A DNA stretch of 61,555 nucleotides, the filler included, from an uncultured bacterium (GTDB taxonomy: Bacteria > Auribacterota > CAZIXI01): the NCBI GenBank assembly GCA_964543115.1. It is 6 parts of 6 records of this genome, joined end to end, with 100 filler letters (N's around TTAATTAATTAA, not from the genome) between each part and the next. Parts side by side here need not be neighbours in the genome. Positions count along the whole stretch, not along the records: positions 20,737 to 30,942 come from CAZIXI010000119.1; positions 31,043 to 41,178 come from CAZIXI010000120.1; 4 more parts are not named here. One strand, given 5' to 3'. Below are positions 28,890-38,705 of this stretch, piece by piece (the stretch's first letter is position 1; every line of letters starts with the position of its first letter). A program made the position numbers and the translations under genes. The notes beneath the pieces were generated by a model that worked only from the letters and a program-made list of their open reading frames with translations, was not told where the DNA came from and did no database searches.

Positions 28890-29986
28890 AAGCGCAAACA
28901 CAAACAATGCAATTTATACCGCAGATGGAACCCTGGTTTGACCAGCGGGAAGCAGACTCTCTCTACCAGTATATGACTTCCGGCGGCTGGGTAACGGAAT
29001 TTAAGCAGACCAGCGAATTCCAAGAAATGATTGCCGCCTATACCGGCGCCCGTCATTGTATCGTCGTCAATAACGGCACCATCAGCCTCAGCCTGGCCCT
29101 GCTGGCCTTTGGCGTCGGGCCCGGTGATGAAGTTATCGTTCCTGACCTGAGCATGATCGCCACCGCTAACGCCGCTACCCTTATCGGCGCCCGGCCGGTA
29201 TTCGTGGATGTAGAAGCGCGAACACTCTGCCTGGACATTAACAAGGTGAAAGAAGCAATTACCAATAAGACCAAGGCCCTAATCCATGTCACCTTTAACG
29301 GCCGCAGTAATGATCTTAATGATTTTTCTTCTTTCTGTCGGGAAAACAATATCGCTTTTATCGAAGATGCCGCCCAATCCCTGGGCTCATCTTATCAGGG
29401 CAAACACCTGGGCCGTTACGGCCAGATTGGCAGCTTCTCTTTCAGCGCCCCTAAAATAATCTCTACCGGTCAGGGAGGCGCCTTGACGACCGATAGTGAA
29501 GAGTTGTATCAACGGCTGAAAAAACTTAAAGATTTTGGCCGGGATAAGGGCGGTAACGACATCCACGATTCCCTTGGTTACAACTTCAAGTTTACCGACA
29601 TCCAGGCGATAGTGGGCATTGAACAAATGAAAAAACTGCCCGAGCGGATAAACCGGAAAAAACAAATTTATCAATTATACGTTTCTGAACTCTCCGCTCT
29701 AAGCCAACTAGAATTCATCCCCACTGATCTAGAGGAAACAGCACCTTGGTTTATCGATATTTTCGTTGCCGATCCGGACAAACTATCCGCCTTCCTCAAA
29801 GAAAAAAATATCGGCACAAGACGGATCTATCCGCCAATCAACACCCAAAAGGCTTATCAATACAGCGGTAGTTTCCCCGTAACCGAGAACTATTCCCGCC
29901 GCGGGCTCTGGCTGCCCTCAGCGACAAAATTAACCGATGAACAAATAAAATATATCTGCGATCAAATAAAGGCGTATTACCGATGA
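28886..29986 (+). CDS. DegT/DnrJ/EryC1/StrS aminotransferase
   Basis: NNGTISL, GDEVIVP, IEDAAQSLG, SFSAPKIISTGQGG, GYNFKF. Confidence 0.93.
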   Translation: MKAQTQTMQFIPQMEPWFDQREADSLYQYMTSGGWVTEFKQTSEFQEMIAAYTGARHCIVVNNGTISLSLALLAFGVGPGDEVIVPDLSMIATANAATLIGARPVFVDVEARTLCLDINKVKEAITNKTKALIHVTFNGRSNDLNDFSSFCRENNIAFIEDAAQSLGSSYQGKHLGRYGQIGSFSFSAPKIISTGQGGALTTDSEELYQRLKKLKDFGRDKGGNDIHDSLGYNFKFTDIQAIVGIEQMKKLPERINRKKQIYQLYVSELSALSQLEFIPTDLEETAPWFIDIFVADPDKLSAFLKEKNIGTRRIYPPINTQKAYQYSGSFPVTENYSRRGLWLPSATKLTDEQIKYICDQIKAYYR

Positions 29987-30636
29987 ATGTATCCATAGTC
30001 ATCCCCACACTTAACGAAGCCGGCAATATCGAACAGGTACTTAATGATATTCCGAAAAACCTTGTTAACGAAATCCTGGTAGTCGATGGCTTTTCTACCG
30101 ACGGCACTCCGGAAATAGTCAAAAACATGGGGCATACCGTTATCATGCAGAAAGAGCGGGGTTATGGTTCAGGCTTTATTACCGGCATTAAAGCGGCCCG
30201 CGGGGACATTATCATCCTCATGGATGGTGACGGTTCCCAAAACCCCAAAGATATTCCTCTCCTGCTTGATAAAATGAAAGATGGTTATGACTTTGTTCTC
30301 GCTTCCCGTTACACCAAAGAGTCCCGCAGTGAAGATGACACCGTTATCCGCCATATCGGCAATAAGCTCTTCACCTGGCTCACTAATGCGATTCACGGCA
30401 TCGGGATCAGCGACAGCCTTTTTCTGTTTGCCGCCTTCCAGAGAAGAGTGCTTGAGAAACTTGATTTAAGAAGCCATAATTTTGAGTTTTGCGTGGAAGT
30501 GCCGATCAAGGCCTACAAGGCCGGGTTCCGTTTTTGCGAAGTACCTTCAACTGAAATAAAGCGCAGAGAGGGCCGTTCCAAGGTCAATGCCTTTATCCAC
30601 GGCCTGCGCATAATGTACGAAATAATTAAAGATTAA
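29983..30636 (+). CDS. Glycosyltransferase family 2 (DPM-synthase-like)
   Basis: SIVIPTLNEA, VDGFSTDGT, MDGDGS. Confidence 0.9.
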   Translation: MNVSIVIPTLNEAGNIEQVLNDIPKNLVNEILVVDGFSTDGTPEIVKNMGHTVIMQKERGYGSGFITGIKAARGDIIILMDGDGSQNPKDIPLLLDKMKDGYDFVLASRYTKESRSEDDTVIRHIGNKLFTWLTNAIHGIGISDSLFLFAAFQRRVLEKLDLRSHNFEFCVEVPIKAYKAGFRFCEVPSTEIKRREGRSKVNAFIHGLRIMYEIIKD

Positions 30637-30639
30637 ACT

Positions 30640-30942
30640 ATGAAAAAAATACTTGTTACCGGTGGAACCGGTTTTTTGGGGCAGCACGTAGTCACGGCAC
30701 TGAAAAATGCCGGAGAGGATTATAGTGTTCATTCCTGCAGCCGCAGTGAGGGCATTGATATCCGCAACTATCCCCAATTTGAAAAATTCATTAAGCAGCT
30801 GGCGCCGGATATAGTGGTGCACTGCGCCGCCCATGTCGGCGGTATCGCTTATAATGAATTAAAACCGGTAGCTATCTTTGAAGATAATGTTATTATTGGC
30901 TTAAACACCGTAAAAGCCAGTTATCAAGCCGGGGTAAAACAG
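30640..30942 (+). CDS. NAD-dependent epimerase/dehydratase (GDP-L-fucose synthase-like), truncated
   Basis: LVTGGTGFLG, HCAAHVGGI. Confidence 0.85.
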
Positions 30943-31042
30943 NNNNNNNNNNNNNNNNNNNNNNNNNNNNNNNNNNNNNNNNNNNNTTAATTAATTAANN
31001 NNNNNNNNNNNNNNNNNNNNNNNNNNNNNNNNNNNNNNNNNN
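30943..31042. other. Artificial scaffold linker
   Basis: N44-TTAATTAATTAA-N44. Confidence 0.98.
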
Positions 31043-31340
31043 TGCCTATATTCCCAAAGACGGACGGGTTACCGGGCTGAGTAAACTGGCCCGTGTAGTT
31101 GATGCCTACAGCAGGCGTCTGCAGGTGCAGGAGCGGTTGACGGTGGAAATAGCCGATACTATTATGAATACATTAAAGCCGATGGGGGTAATAGTGATCC
31201 TTGAGGCCGAACATCTCTGCATGTCCATGCGGGGAGTAAATAAGCCGGGAACAGTAACCAAGACCAGTGCCGTACGGGGGGTGTTCCGCAAAAATAAAAC
31301 TACCCGGGCTGAAACATTGAGTCTTATTTATGGTAAGTAA
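31043..31340 (+). CDS. folE: GTP cyclohydrolase I, 5' truncated
   Basis: AYIP...GLSKLARVV...RLQVQERLT...[12 protein letters not shown]. Confidence 0.93.
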
Positions 31341-31388
31341 TTTTTGCTTTTGCGAGCATAGTGAACATAGCTCGTTGCGGCAATAAAC

Positions 31389-33062
31389 ATGGAGGTCAAT
31401 TTGAATCCGATAACTGAAGTAGCAAAAAAATATCTGGATTTAAACGAAGATCAGTTAGAGTTGTATGGCCATTATATCGCTAAGATTCCCCTGAAGGTAC
31501 TTCAGCAGTATAAGGTCCATCCCCGGGCAAAGTATATTGTCGTTACCGCGCTTACGCCAACTCCTCTGGGGGAAGGGAAAACGGTAACTACCATCGGCCT
31601 TTCCATGGCCTTTAATAGACTTGGGGAACGGGCAGTGTGTACTATTCGCCAGCCTTCTATGGGGCCGTTGTTTGGGATTAAAGGAGGAGCGGCTGGCAGT
31701 GGGGCCTCACAGATTGTGCCCATGGAGAAACTGAATATGCATCTTACTGGTGATTCTCATGCCGTGGGTTTAGCAACCAATCTATTGGCGGCATTTATTG
31801 ACAGTTCAATACTCAAAAAGAATAAATTACGAATTGAACCCCATACGATCACTTGGCATCGGGTATTGGATGTTAGTGACCGGGCCCTGAGGAATATTGT
31901 GATTGGTTTAGGAGGCCGTACGGATGGGATCCCGCGGGAGACCGGTTTCGATATAACAGCGGCCAGCGAAGTAATGGCAATTCTTGCCCTGGCCACTGAC
32001 CTGAAAGATTTGCGGCAGCGGCTGGGACGGATTGTAGTGGCGTTTGATTATGATGGGCGGCCGGTAACTGCCGAGCAGCTTCAATGCGCCGGGGCAATGG
32101 CCGCGGTGCTGAGAGATGCAATCCGGCCTAATCTCATGCAGACAATTGAAGGCACTCCGGCAATTATCCATACAGGTCCATTTGGGAATATTGCCCATGG
32201 CTGCAGTTCGATCCTTGCGGATCAAATGGGTTTGCGGCTGGCTGATTATGTGATTACCGAAGCGGGATTCGGCGCGGATTGCGGCGCGGAGAAATTTGCC
32301 AATATCAAGTGCCGTTACAGCGGGCTAAAACCGCACGCTTTTGTTCTTGTGGCTACTGTCCGGGCGATGAAAATGCATAGTGGTAAGTTTGTCGTTTCTC
32401 CCGGCAGGCCGTTGGCCAAAGAATTGTCGAGAGAGGATTTAGATAGTATCCGCAAGGGCGCGGGCAATCTGGAAAAACAAATAGAAAATGCCCTGGCCTA
32501 TGGTGTGCCGGTTGTGGTAGCCATTAACAAGTATAATAGTGATACGGAGAAGGAATTAAGTTTGGTCCGGCGGATAGCGAAAGAGGCCGGGGCCTATGAT
32601 TGTGTGATTAGCAATGTGCATGAAGAGGGTGGAGCCGGAGGAGTGGAAATGGCAAAAGTGGTTAAGGAGGCCTGCCGGCAGCGAAATCGTTTCCGTTGCC
32701 TCTATCCTCTGGAGCGGCCGATCAAAAAGAAAATAGAGGCGATAGCCAAGAAGATGTATGGAGCGGCTAAAATTGAGTATTCTCCCCTGGCGGAGAAACA
32801 GATTATTCGTTATGAACAATGCGGTTTTGCCGGTTTACCGATTTGTATGGCCAAAACCCATCTTTCTCTTAGCCAGGATCCGCATTTAAAAGGCCGGCCG
32901 AAAGATTTTCGTGTTCATGTCCGGGAGATAAAAGTTGCTGTTGGTGCGGGTTTTCTTTATCCCATTTTAGGGGAAATGCGGACAATGCCGGGTTTGCCGA
33001 GTGTTCCGGCCGGGACAAAAGTGGATATAGATGATCAAGGCAATATCGTGGGTTTGTTTTAG
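31389..33062 (+). CDS. fhs: Formate--tetrahydrofolate ligase
   Basis: TPTPLGEGKT, GIKGGAAG, HTGPFGNIAHG, TEAGFGAD, MRTMPGLP. Confidence 0.97.
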   Translation: MEVNLNPITEVAKKYLDLNEDQLELYGHYIAKIPLKVLQQYKVHPRAKYIVVTALTPTPLGEGKTVTTIGLSMAFNRLGERAVCTIRQPSMGPLFGIKGGAAGSGASQIVPMEKLNMHLTGDSHAVGLATNLLAAFIDSSILKKNKLRIEPHTITWHRVLDVSDRALRNIVIGLGGRTDGIPRETGFDITAASEVMAILALATDLKDLRQRLGRIVVAFDYDGRPVTAEQLQCAGAMAAVLRDAIRPNLMQTIEGTPAIIHTGPFGNIAHGCSSILADQMGLRLADYVITEAGFGADCGAEKFANIKCRYSGLKPHAFVLVATVRAMKMHSGKFVVSPGRPLAKELSREDLDSIRKGAGNLEKQIENALAYGVPVVVAINKYNSDTEKELSLVRRIAKEAGAYDCVISNVHEEGGAGGVEMAKVVKEACRQRNRFRCLYPLERPIKKKIEAIAKKMYGAAKIEYSPLAEKQIIRYEQCGFAGLPICMAKTHLSLSQDPHLKGRPKDFRVHVREIKVAVGAGFLYPILGEMRTMPGLPSVPAGTKVDIDDQGNIVGLF

Positions 33063-33106
33063 GAAGCAGGATAATGTCAAAAAATAAATGAAAGAATATG
33101 AAAATG

Positions 33107-33133
33107 TACGGGAGGGCCTTGCGCCCTCCCGTA
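33107..33133. repeat. 11-bp-stem hairpin, REP-like or terminator-like
   Basis: TACGGGAGGGC-CTTGC-GCCCTCCCGTA between fhs and folD; no U-tract. Confidence 0.55.
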
Positions 33134-33146
33134 ACGAGGAGGGATT

Positions 33147-34049
33147 GTGACGGCGAAGATTATTGACGGCAAAGAAGTTGCCGCTCAGATTTATGCTGAG
33201 CTCAAAGATGATATCACGGAATTAAAAGAGAAATATGATGTTATTCCCGGGATTGCTGTTGTACTTGTAGGAGATAATCCGGCTTCTCAGGTCTATGTCC
33301 GCAGCAAGAAAAAGAAATGTGAACAGCTGGGGATAATTTCTGAAGAGCATAATCTTCCGGAGACCACGACTACGCCTGAGTTGCTGAAGTTGATTGAAAA
33401 AATTAATCGTAACCCCCGTATCCATGGGATTTTAGTGCAATTGCCTTTACCCAAGGGGATTGATGCCCCTGAGGTTTTAAAAGCGATTTCTCCTTTTAAA
33501 GATGTGGATGGGTTTCATCCGGAAAATGTCGGGCATCTCTTAATCGGCGAGCCGAGGTTCATTGCCTGTACCCCTTTGGGCATTCAGCAATTATTAATGC
33601 GCAGCGGCATAGATGTTGCCGGCCGCCGGGTAGTGATTGTCGGGCGGAGTAATATCGTCGGTAAGCCATTGGCTGCCCTGCTGGTGCAGAAGAAGGAGGG
33701 GGCCAACGCCACGGTGACGGTGTGCCATTCCCGGAGTAAAGATTTAACCAAGATTATTAAAGAAGGAGAGGTAGTCATTGTTGCCATTGGTAAAGCGGAA
33801 TTTCTAAAGGGTGAGATGATTAAAGAAGGAGCAGTTGTGATTGATGTGGGTACGAACAGAGTGCCTGAGGCCCAGTCTCCGCGTGGATATCGGCTTGCCG
33901 GTGATGTGCATTTTCCTTCGGTAAGTGAAAAAGCCGGCTATATTACCAAGGTTCCCGGCGGGGTTGGGCCGATGACGATAGCGATGTTGATGTACAATAC
34001 GGTTAGAGCGGCCGAAGCAGCTGTGGGGAAAAGTAAGGTAAAGGTATAA
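33147..34049 (+). CDS. folD: Methylene-THF dehydrogenase/cyclohydrolase
   Basis: LVGDNPAS, ILVQLPLP, KDVDGFHP, GRSNIVGKP, VPGGVGPMT. Confidence 0.97.
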   Translation: MTAKIIDGKEVAAQIYAELKDDITELKEKYDVIPGIAVVLVGDNPASQVYVRSKKKKCEQLGIISEEHNLPETTTTPELLKLIEKINRNPRIHGILVQLPLPKGIDAPEVLKAISPFKDVDGFHPENVGHLLIGEPRFIACTPLGIQQLLMRSGIDVAGRRVVIVGRSNIVGKPLAALLVQKKEGANATVTVCHSRSKDLTKIIKEGEVVIVAIGKAEFLKGEMIKEGAVVIDVGTNRVPEAQSPRGYRLAGDVHFPSVSEKAGYITKVPGGVGPMTIAMLMYNTVRAAEAAVGKSKVKV

Positions 34050-34053
34050 TTCA

Positions 34054-34698
34054 ATGGTTATTACAAAACTTAAGTCTTTTGAAGAGATTTTGCGGTTTAC
34101 GGAAAAATATCAGCGGCTCTTCATTGTCGGCTGTGGTAGTTGTGCCGATCAATGCCGTACCGGCGGGGAAGAAGACGTAGAGCTGATGAAAAAGAAATTA
34201 ATCGAGCAAGGGAAAGAAATTACCGGTTGGTGTGTTCCCGATGAGACATGTCATCTGCCGCTGGTAAAAAGGGAACTGCGGGCCTGCGCGGAGAACCTAA
34301 AGAAGGCCGAAGCGGTTTTAGTGATGGCCTGCGGAGCAGGCGTAAGGGCGGTGGCGGAGGCGGTCAGTCAACGGGTCTTTCCGCTGCTCGATACCCTGTC
34401 TCTGGCAAGCACTGAACGGCAGGGCCAGTTTGTGGGCCGGTGCTCTCTTTGCGGGGAATGTGTTTTGGGAGAGACTGCTGGTTTATGTCCAATAACGATC
34501 TGTCCCAAAGGTATGCGTAACGGTCCCTGCGGGGGGACAGTAGAGGGCAAATGTGAGGTTAATCTGGATGATGATTGTATCTGGGTAAAGATTTATGAGA
34601 ATTTAAAAAAACATAAAGACCTGGGTACAATGAAAAAATTTATGCCTGCTAAGGACTATTCTCTGGTTCAGAGAAAAGGAAAGATTAAGGTTAAGTAG
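34054..34698 (+). CDS. metV: Methylene-THF reductase small subunit (MetV / MTHFR_C)
   Basis: GCGSCA, MACGAG, CSLCGEC, CPITICPKGMRNGPCGG, CEV...CIW. Confidence 0.88.
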   Translation: MVITKLKSFEEILRFTEKYQRLFIVGCGSCADQCRTGGEEDVELMKKKLIEQGKEITGWCVPDETCHLPLVKRELRACAENLKKAEAVLVMACGAGVRAVAEAVSQRVFPLLDTLSLASTERQGQFVGRCSLCGECVLGETAGLCPITICPKGMRNGPCGGTVEGKCEVNLDDDCIWVKIYENLKKHKDLGTMKKFMPAKDYSLVQRKGKIKVK

Positions 34699-34699
34699 T

Positions 34700-35551
34700 A
34701 TGTTTAAAGATAGATTATTAAAGAATGAGTTTGTTGTTACTGCGGAATTATGTCCGCCCAAGGGTGTGGATACCGGCTCTTTTGTTGATAAGGCACAATT
34801 GCTAAAACCGTTGGTGGATGCTGTTAATATTACCGATAACCAGCGGGCGATTATGCGTTTAAGCGCCTTGGCCGCTGCCCATCTTGCCCAGGAGCAGGGG
34901 CTAGAGGTTATTCTGCAGATCACCTGCCGCGATCAGAATAGAATTGCTTTGCAGTCAGAACTTCTGGGGGCGGCTGCCTTGGGCATACATAATGTTTTAG
35001 CGTTAACCGGTGATTATGTCACGGAAGGTGATCATCCGCAGGCCAAGCCGGTCTTTGATTTGGATAGTATTCAATTAATTGATGCGATTGGCAGTCTTAA
35101 TCGGGGAAAGGATCTGGCGGGAAAATCACTGCGGGGGATCCCGGATTTTTATGTTGGTGCGGCCGTGAATCCCGGGGCTAAACCGCTGGAGCCGCAACTA
35201 ATAAGTTTTGAGAAGAAAATAGCAGCGGGTACGAAATTTTTTCAGACACAAGCCGTATTTGATCTGGATGGATTTGCGGAGTTCATGGATTATGCGAATA
35301 AATTCCCGGTAAAGATTATTGCCGGGATATTGTTAATTAAATCGCTAAAGATGGCTAAATTTTTAAATGAAAATGTTCCCGGGGTAAGTATTCCAAAGCC
35401 GCTTTTAAGCCGGATCGAGGCGGCGGCTGATCCTGGCAGGGAAGGGATAGTGATTGCCCGGGAACAGCTGGAGCGGTTTCGCCGGTTGTGTCACGGAGTG
35501 CATATCATGACAATCGGCGCGGAAGATAAGGTAGTAGAAATACTTTCATAA
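34700..35551 (+). CDS. metF: Methylene-THF reductase catalytic subunit
   Basis: ELCPPKG, NITDN, CRDQNRIALQS, LALTGD, FFQTQ, HIMT. Confidence 0.93.
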   Translation: MFKDRLLKNEFVVTAELCPPKGVDTGSFVDKAQLLKPLVDAVNITDNQRAIMRLSALAAAHLAQEQGLEVILQITCRDQNRIALQSELLGAAALGIHNVLALTGDYVTEGDHPQAKPVFDLDSIQLIDAIGSLNRGKDLAGKSLRGIPDFYVGAAVNPGAKPLEPQLISFEKKIAAGTKFFQTQAVFDLDGFAEFMDYANKFPVKIIAGILLIKSLKMAKFLNENVPGVSIPKPLLSRIEAAADPGREGIVIAREQLERFRRLCHGVHIMTIGAEDKVVEILS

Positions 35552-35604
35552 TTGCGGATTGCGGATTGAAAAAAATCTCGGTTCCGAAATCCCAAATTCG
35601 AAAT
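35551..35604. repeat. Heptamer palindromic array
   Basis: ATTGCGG x2 ... CCGAAAT CCCAAAT TCGAAAT. Confidence 0.65.
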
Positions 35605-35619
35605 AAGAGTGAGGTAATT

Positions 35620-36045
35620 ATGGGCAAAGAAGAGTTAAGGCAATATCCGCGGTTAGATCAGGAGTTTCCGGTTAAATACGAGGTGGTTCCGGTGGATCTG
35701 TCCCGGCCCTTGGGCCAGCCTAAAGGTAAGGCCTGGGTAAAAAATGTTAGTGGCGGAGGCATGTATTTACTGATCAGTCATTTCAGTCAGGGAATGATAA
35801 AAAAACTGCAACAGCAGTCAGTCAAGCTTAGCCTGGTGTTTTGTCTGCCTGATTTTCAAAATAAGATTAAGGTGCTGGCTGAAGTGCGCTGGAGTAAAAA
35901 GAAGTCACCCTGGTGGACTTTCTGGAGCTCTAAATGGGCGATGGGGGTAAGATATACAGCTATTCAGCCGGAGGATCGTGATTGTATTATTAAATATGTT
36001 ATCAATAAACAGATAGAGGATCATTTAATGAAACATGCGGTTTAA
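35620..36045 (+). CDS. PilZ-domain protein
   Basis: LRQYPR, NVSGGG, AEVRW, MGVRY; start moved to ATG 35620 after GAGGT. Confidence 0.8.
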   Translation: MGKEELRQYPRLDQEFPVKYEVVPVDLSRPLGQPKGKAWVKNVSGGGMYLLISHFSQGMIKKLQQQSVKLSLVFCLPDFQNKIKVLAEVRWSKKKSPWWTFWSSKWAMGVRYTAIQPEDRDCIIKYVINKQIEDHLMKHAV

Positions 36046-36065
36046 GAGGCGTTGCGCGGAGTAGT

Positions 36066-36776
36066 ATGCTGGCTAAAGAAGAGATTAGAAGATTAAAAAA
36101 ACTGCAGAAAAAAATCGGATATAAGTTTCGCCGTAGTTCCCGCCTACAGCAGGCACTTACCCATTCTTCCTATGTTAATGAAAACCCTCAGCTGAAACTT
36201 GCCAATAATGAGACGTTAGAGTTCTTGGGAGACGCTGTTCTGGGATTGGTGATTACTGAATATCTTTATGCCCAGTTCCCGGAATATAGTGAGGGGAAGT
36301 TATCTATTCTTAAGAGTGTCTTAGTCAGTGAGCCGACACTGGCGGAAATAGCTATTCAGCTGGAGTTAGGCAAATACATATTTCTGGGCAGGGGAGAAGA
36401 CAAGGATAAGGCCCAGTTGCGGCCTTCTTTGTTAAGCAATACTCTGGAGGCCCTGATCGGCGCGCAGTATTTGGACGGCGGCTTGAAGGCCGTGAAAAAG
36501 TTTATCCTGAAGATATTCAAAATAAACTTTAAGGAGATCCCCGGGCTTAAACTTTCCGGGAGTTTTAAGAACCGCCTGCAGCAATATTCCCAGACGGAAC
36601 GGGGTTGTATCCCTCATTACCGGATTGTTTCAGAATCAGGGCCCCCGCATAATCGAGTGTATGATATTGAGGTTAGTTTTGGGGGAGAAGTTTACGGTTC
36701 CGGCCGCGGGAGCAGTAAGAAGCGGGCCGAGCAGGAAGCTGCCCGCCAGGCCCTGATCAAGCTGGGGTTAGAATAA
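36066..36776 (+). CDS. rnc: Ribonuclease III
   Basis: ALTHSS, NETLEFLGDAVL, EALIGA, dsRBD GPPH...G.G.SKK.AEQ.AA. Confidence 0.96.
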   Translation: MLAKEEIRRLKKLQKKIGYKFRRSSRLQQALTHSSYVNENPQLKLANNETLEFLGDAVLGLVITEYLYAQFPEYSEGKLSILKSVLVSEPTLAEIAIQLELGKYIFLGRGEDKDKAQLRPSLLSNTLEALIGAQYLDGGLKAVKKFILKIFKINFKEIPGLKLSGSFKNRLQQYSQTERGCIPHYRIVSESGPPHNRVYDIEVSFGGEVYGSGRGSSKKRAEQEAARQALIKLGLE

Positions 36777-36804
36777 AAATCAAACGTTATTTGAAGGGTT
36801 CACG

Positions 36805-37608
36805 ATGTTAACGGCTGTTGATAAGGACGGGGTTCAGACAGTTGGTTGGGAGGCGGAACGGGAAAGTTTTTATTATTGCCCGGATTGTAAGGAACAACTC
36901 CTTCTCCGGCAGGGTGAAATTAAGGTGCATCATTTTGCCCACCTGGCCGAGACCCAGTGCAAATACGGCAGTAATGAATCAGAACTCCATCTTTGGGTAA
37001 AGAAGAGCCTTTATCAATGGTTTAGCCAGTCTTCTTTGTACAAACAAGTTTCTCTGGAACGTCAGTGCGGAGACTTTATTGCCGATCTCCTGTTAGAAAA
37101 CAAACGTTCCCAGAAGATAGCGGTTGAATGTCAGGTCTCGAATATTGAAATAGATGATTTCCGGAAGAAAACCGCCAAGTATTCTTATCAGGGCATTTTT
37201 ACCCTTTGGGTTTTTGCCGGTGACGCCCGGCTGGATAAAAACCTGCTGCAATTAGTTCATAGCCCGGGTTCACGTTTGCGTTTTTTAACTGATCCGGTGC
37301 AGCGCAAGTGCCATCGTTGGTATTACGGAAAGATTTACTATTTTTACAATAACAATCTTTACGCGATTCATTTTCATTCTCAGGATCGCTGGCAGCCGGG
37401 CAGCTGTGAAGAATGTCTACGACAGCCGAACTGTTCCTATCCCAATCCACGTCAATGCCCGCAATACCGGCCGGGCTATATGCGAAAGCCCAAGAGTTTA
37501 CGGGAGATTTCCATTTATCCTATTGACCGGGCAAGATTGAGTTGTATCCTGCGCCCGGACAGGTTACGGATCGCCCGGTTCAATGAACCGGCCTGGTGGA
37601 AGGTCTAA
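36805..37608 (+). CDS. Competence protein CoiA-like nuclease
   Basis: YCPDC...HHFAH...C...ESELH, IADL, IAVECQVS. Confidence 0.8.
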   Translation: MLTAVDKDGVQTVGWEAERESFYYCPDCKEQLLLRQGEIKVHHFAHLAETQCKYGSNESELHLWVKKSLYQWFSQSSLYKQVSLERQCGDFIADLLLENKRSQKIAVECQVSNIEIDDFRKKTAKYSYQGIFTLWVFAGDARLDKNLLQLVHSPGSRLRFLTDPVQRKCHRWYYGKIYYFYNNNLYAIHFHSQDRWQPGSCEECLRQPNCSYPNPRQCPQYRPGYMRKPKSLREISIYPIDRARLSCILRPDRLRIARFNEPAWWKV

Positions 37609-37683
37609 TTTTAGATTTCGGATTTCAGATTGCGAATTTATCTTTTAATCCGCAATCCGCATGTTGCACGCACAATCCGCATT
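37608..37683. repeat. Heptamer palindromic array
   Basis: ATTTTAG ATTTCGG ATTTCAG ATTGCGA ... AATCCGC x3. Confidence 0.65.
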
Positions 37684-37700
37684 TGAAACGGGAGGTATTT

Positions 37701-38507
37701 ATGACTGCACGTCAGCCGGTAGTTGCCGGTCAGTTTTATCCGGGAACGGAAAGGGCCCTGCGGAAATCAATTGAACAGCTGGTTGTTAAAAAGGGTGATA
37801 AGCTAAAGGCGGTGGGGGTGGTCAGTCCGCATGCCGGCTATATGTATTCCGGACCGGTTGCCGGAATGGTGTTTTCCTCTGTGGCCGTTCCGGAGACGGT
37901 TGTTATTCTTGGCCCCAATCATACCGGTGCCGGGCTGCCCTATGCCCTTTATCCCGCGGGCAGTTGGCAAACGCCGATGGGGGAGGCAGCAATAGAGGAA
38001 ACCCTGGCCGGAAAGATACGAGAACATAGTAACCTTGTTGCCGAAGATGCCCGGGCTCATCGTTATGAACATTCCCTGGAGGTACAGGTCCCCTTTCTGC
38101 AGTATTTCCAGCCGCGGGTAAAAATTGTTCCGCTGGTTATTGGCGGGGACAATTGGGATGATTATCTCGATCTGGGGAAGGCAATTGCCGAGAGTGTTAA
38201 AAGTTATAAAAAAGACGTTCTGTTGGTGGCCAGTTCGGATATGACTCATTATGAACCGCAGGCCGATGCGGAACGGAAAGATAAATTTGTTATTGAAGCC
38301 ATTCTGAAACTCCAGCCCCAAGAGATGCTTAAACGTGTTGCCAGCGAGGATGTGACCATGTGCGGGTATGCCCCGACAGCAATTATGCTTATTGCCGCAA
38401 AACAATTAGAGGCGCAAAAGGCGGGATTGATTAAATACACGACCAGCGGAGATGCCACCGGGGATTATTCTTCTGTTGTTGGCTATGCCGGACTAGCGGT
38501 CTATTAA
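37701..38507 (+). CDS. amrB: AmmeMemoRadiSam system protein B (MEMO1 family)
   Basis: RQPVVAGQFYP, PHAGYMYSG, GPNH, EHSLEVQVP, SSDMTHY, TMCG; SD GGAGG before ATG 37701. Confidence 0.92.
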   Translation: MTARQPVVAGQFYPGTERALRKSIEQLVVKKGDKLKAVGVVSPHAGYMYSGPVAGMVFSSVAVPETVVILGPNHTGAGLPYALYPAGSWQTPMGEAAIEETLAGKIREHSNLVAEDARAHRYEHSLEVQVPFLQYFQPRVKIVPLVIGGDNWDDYLDLGKAIAESVKSYKKDVLLVASSDMTHYEPQADAERKDKFVIEAILKLQPQEMLKRVASEDVTMCGYAPTAIMLIAAKQLEAQKAGLIKYTTSGDATGDYSSVVGYAGLAVY

Positions 38508-38705
38508 ACGTTGACGAAGCTGTTTGATTTTTGTTTTTTGGGTCTTTTCCGCCTGCTTGTTGCGCCCGATCCGGAAGTCCAGGATGTTGCCGGGCTTTGT
38601 GCCTTTAGGTAAAAATTTTATCGGCCAGAGCACTTCACCTTTACCGGCAATTTCCAGTAAAGCCAGTTTTCCTTCAATCCTGTCCACTACAGCTTTTACT
38701 TTCAT
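38493..38705 (-). CDS. DUF3006-like small protein
   Basis: AVVDRIEGKLALLEI...LP...GNIL. Confidence 0.75.
   Translation of the reverse strand: MKVKAVVDRIEGKLALLEIAGKGEVLWPIKFLPKGTKPGNILDFRIGRNKQAEKTQKTKIKQLRQRLIDR

Noticed and set aside
31341..31388. THF/ZTP riboswitch upstream of fhs
   Set aside because: The spacer is only 48 bp and has just a weak hairpin; no aptamer consensus.
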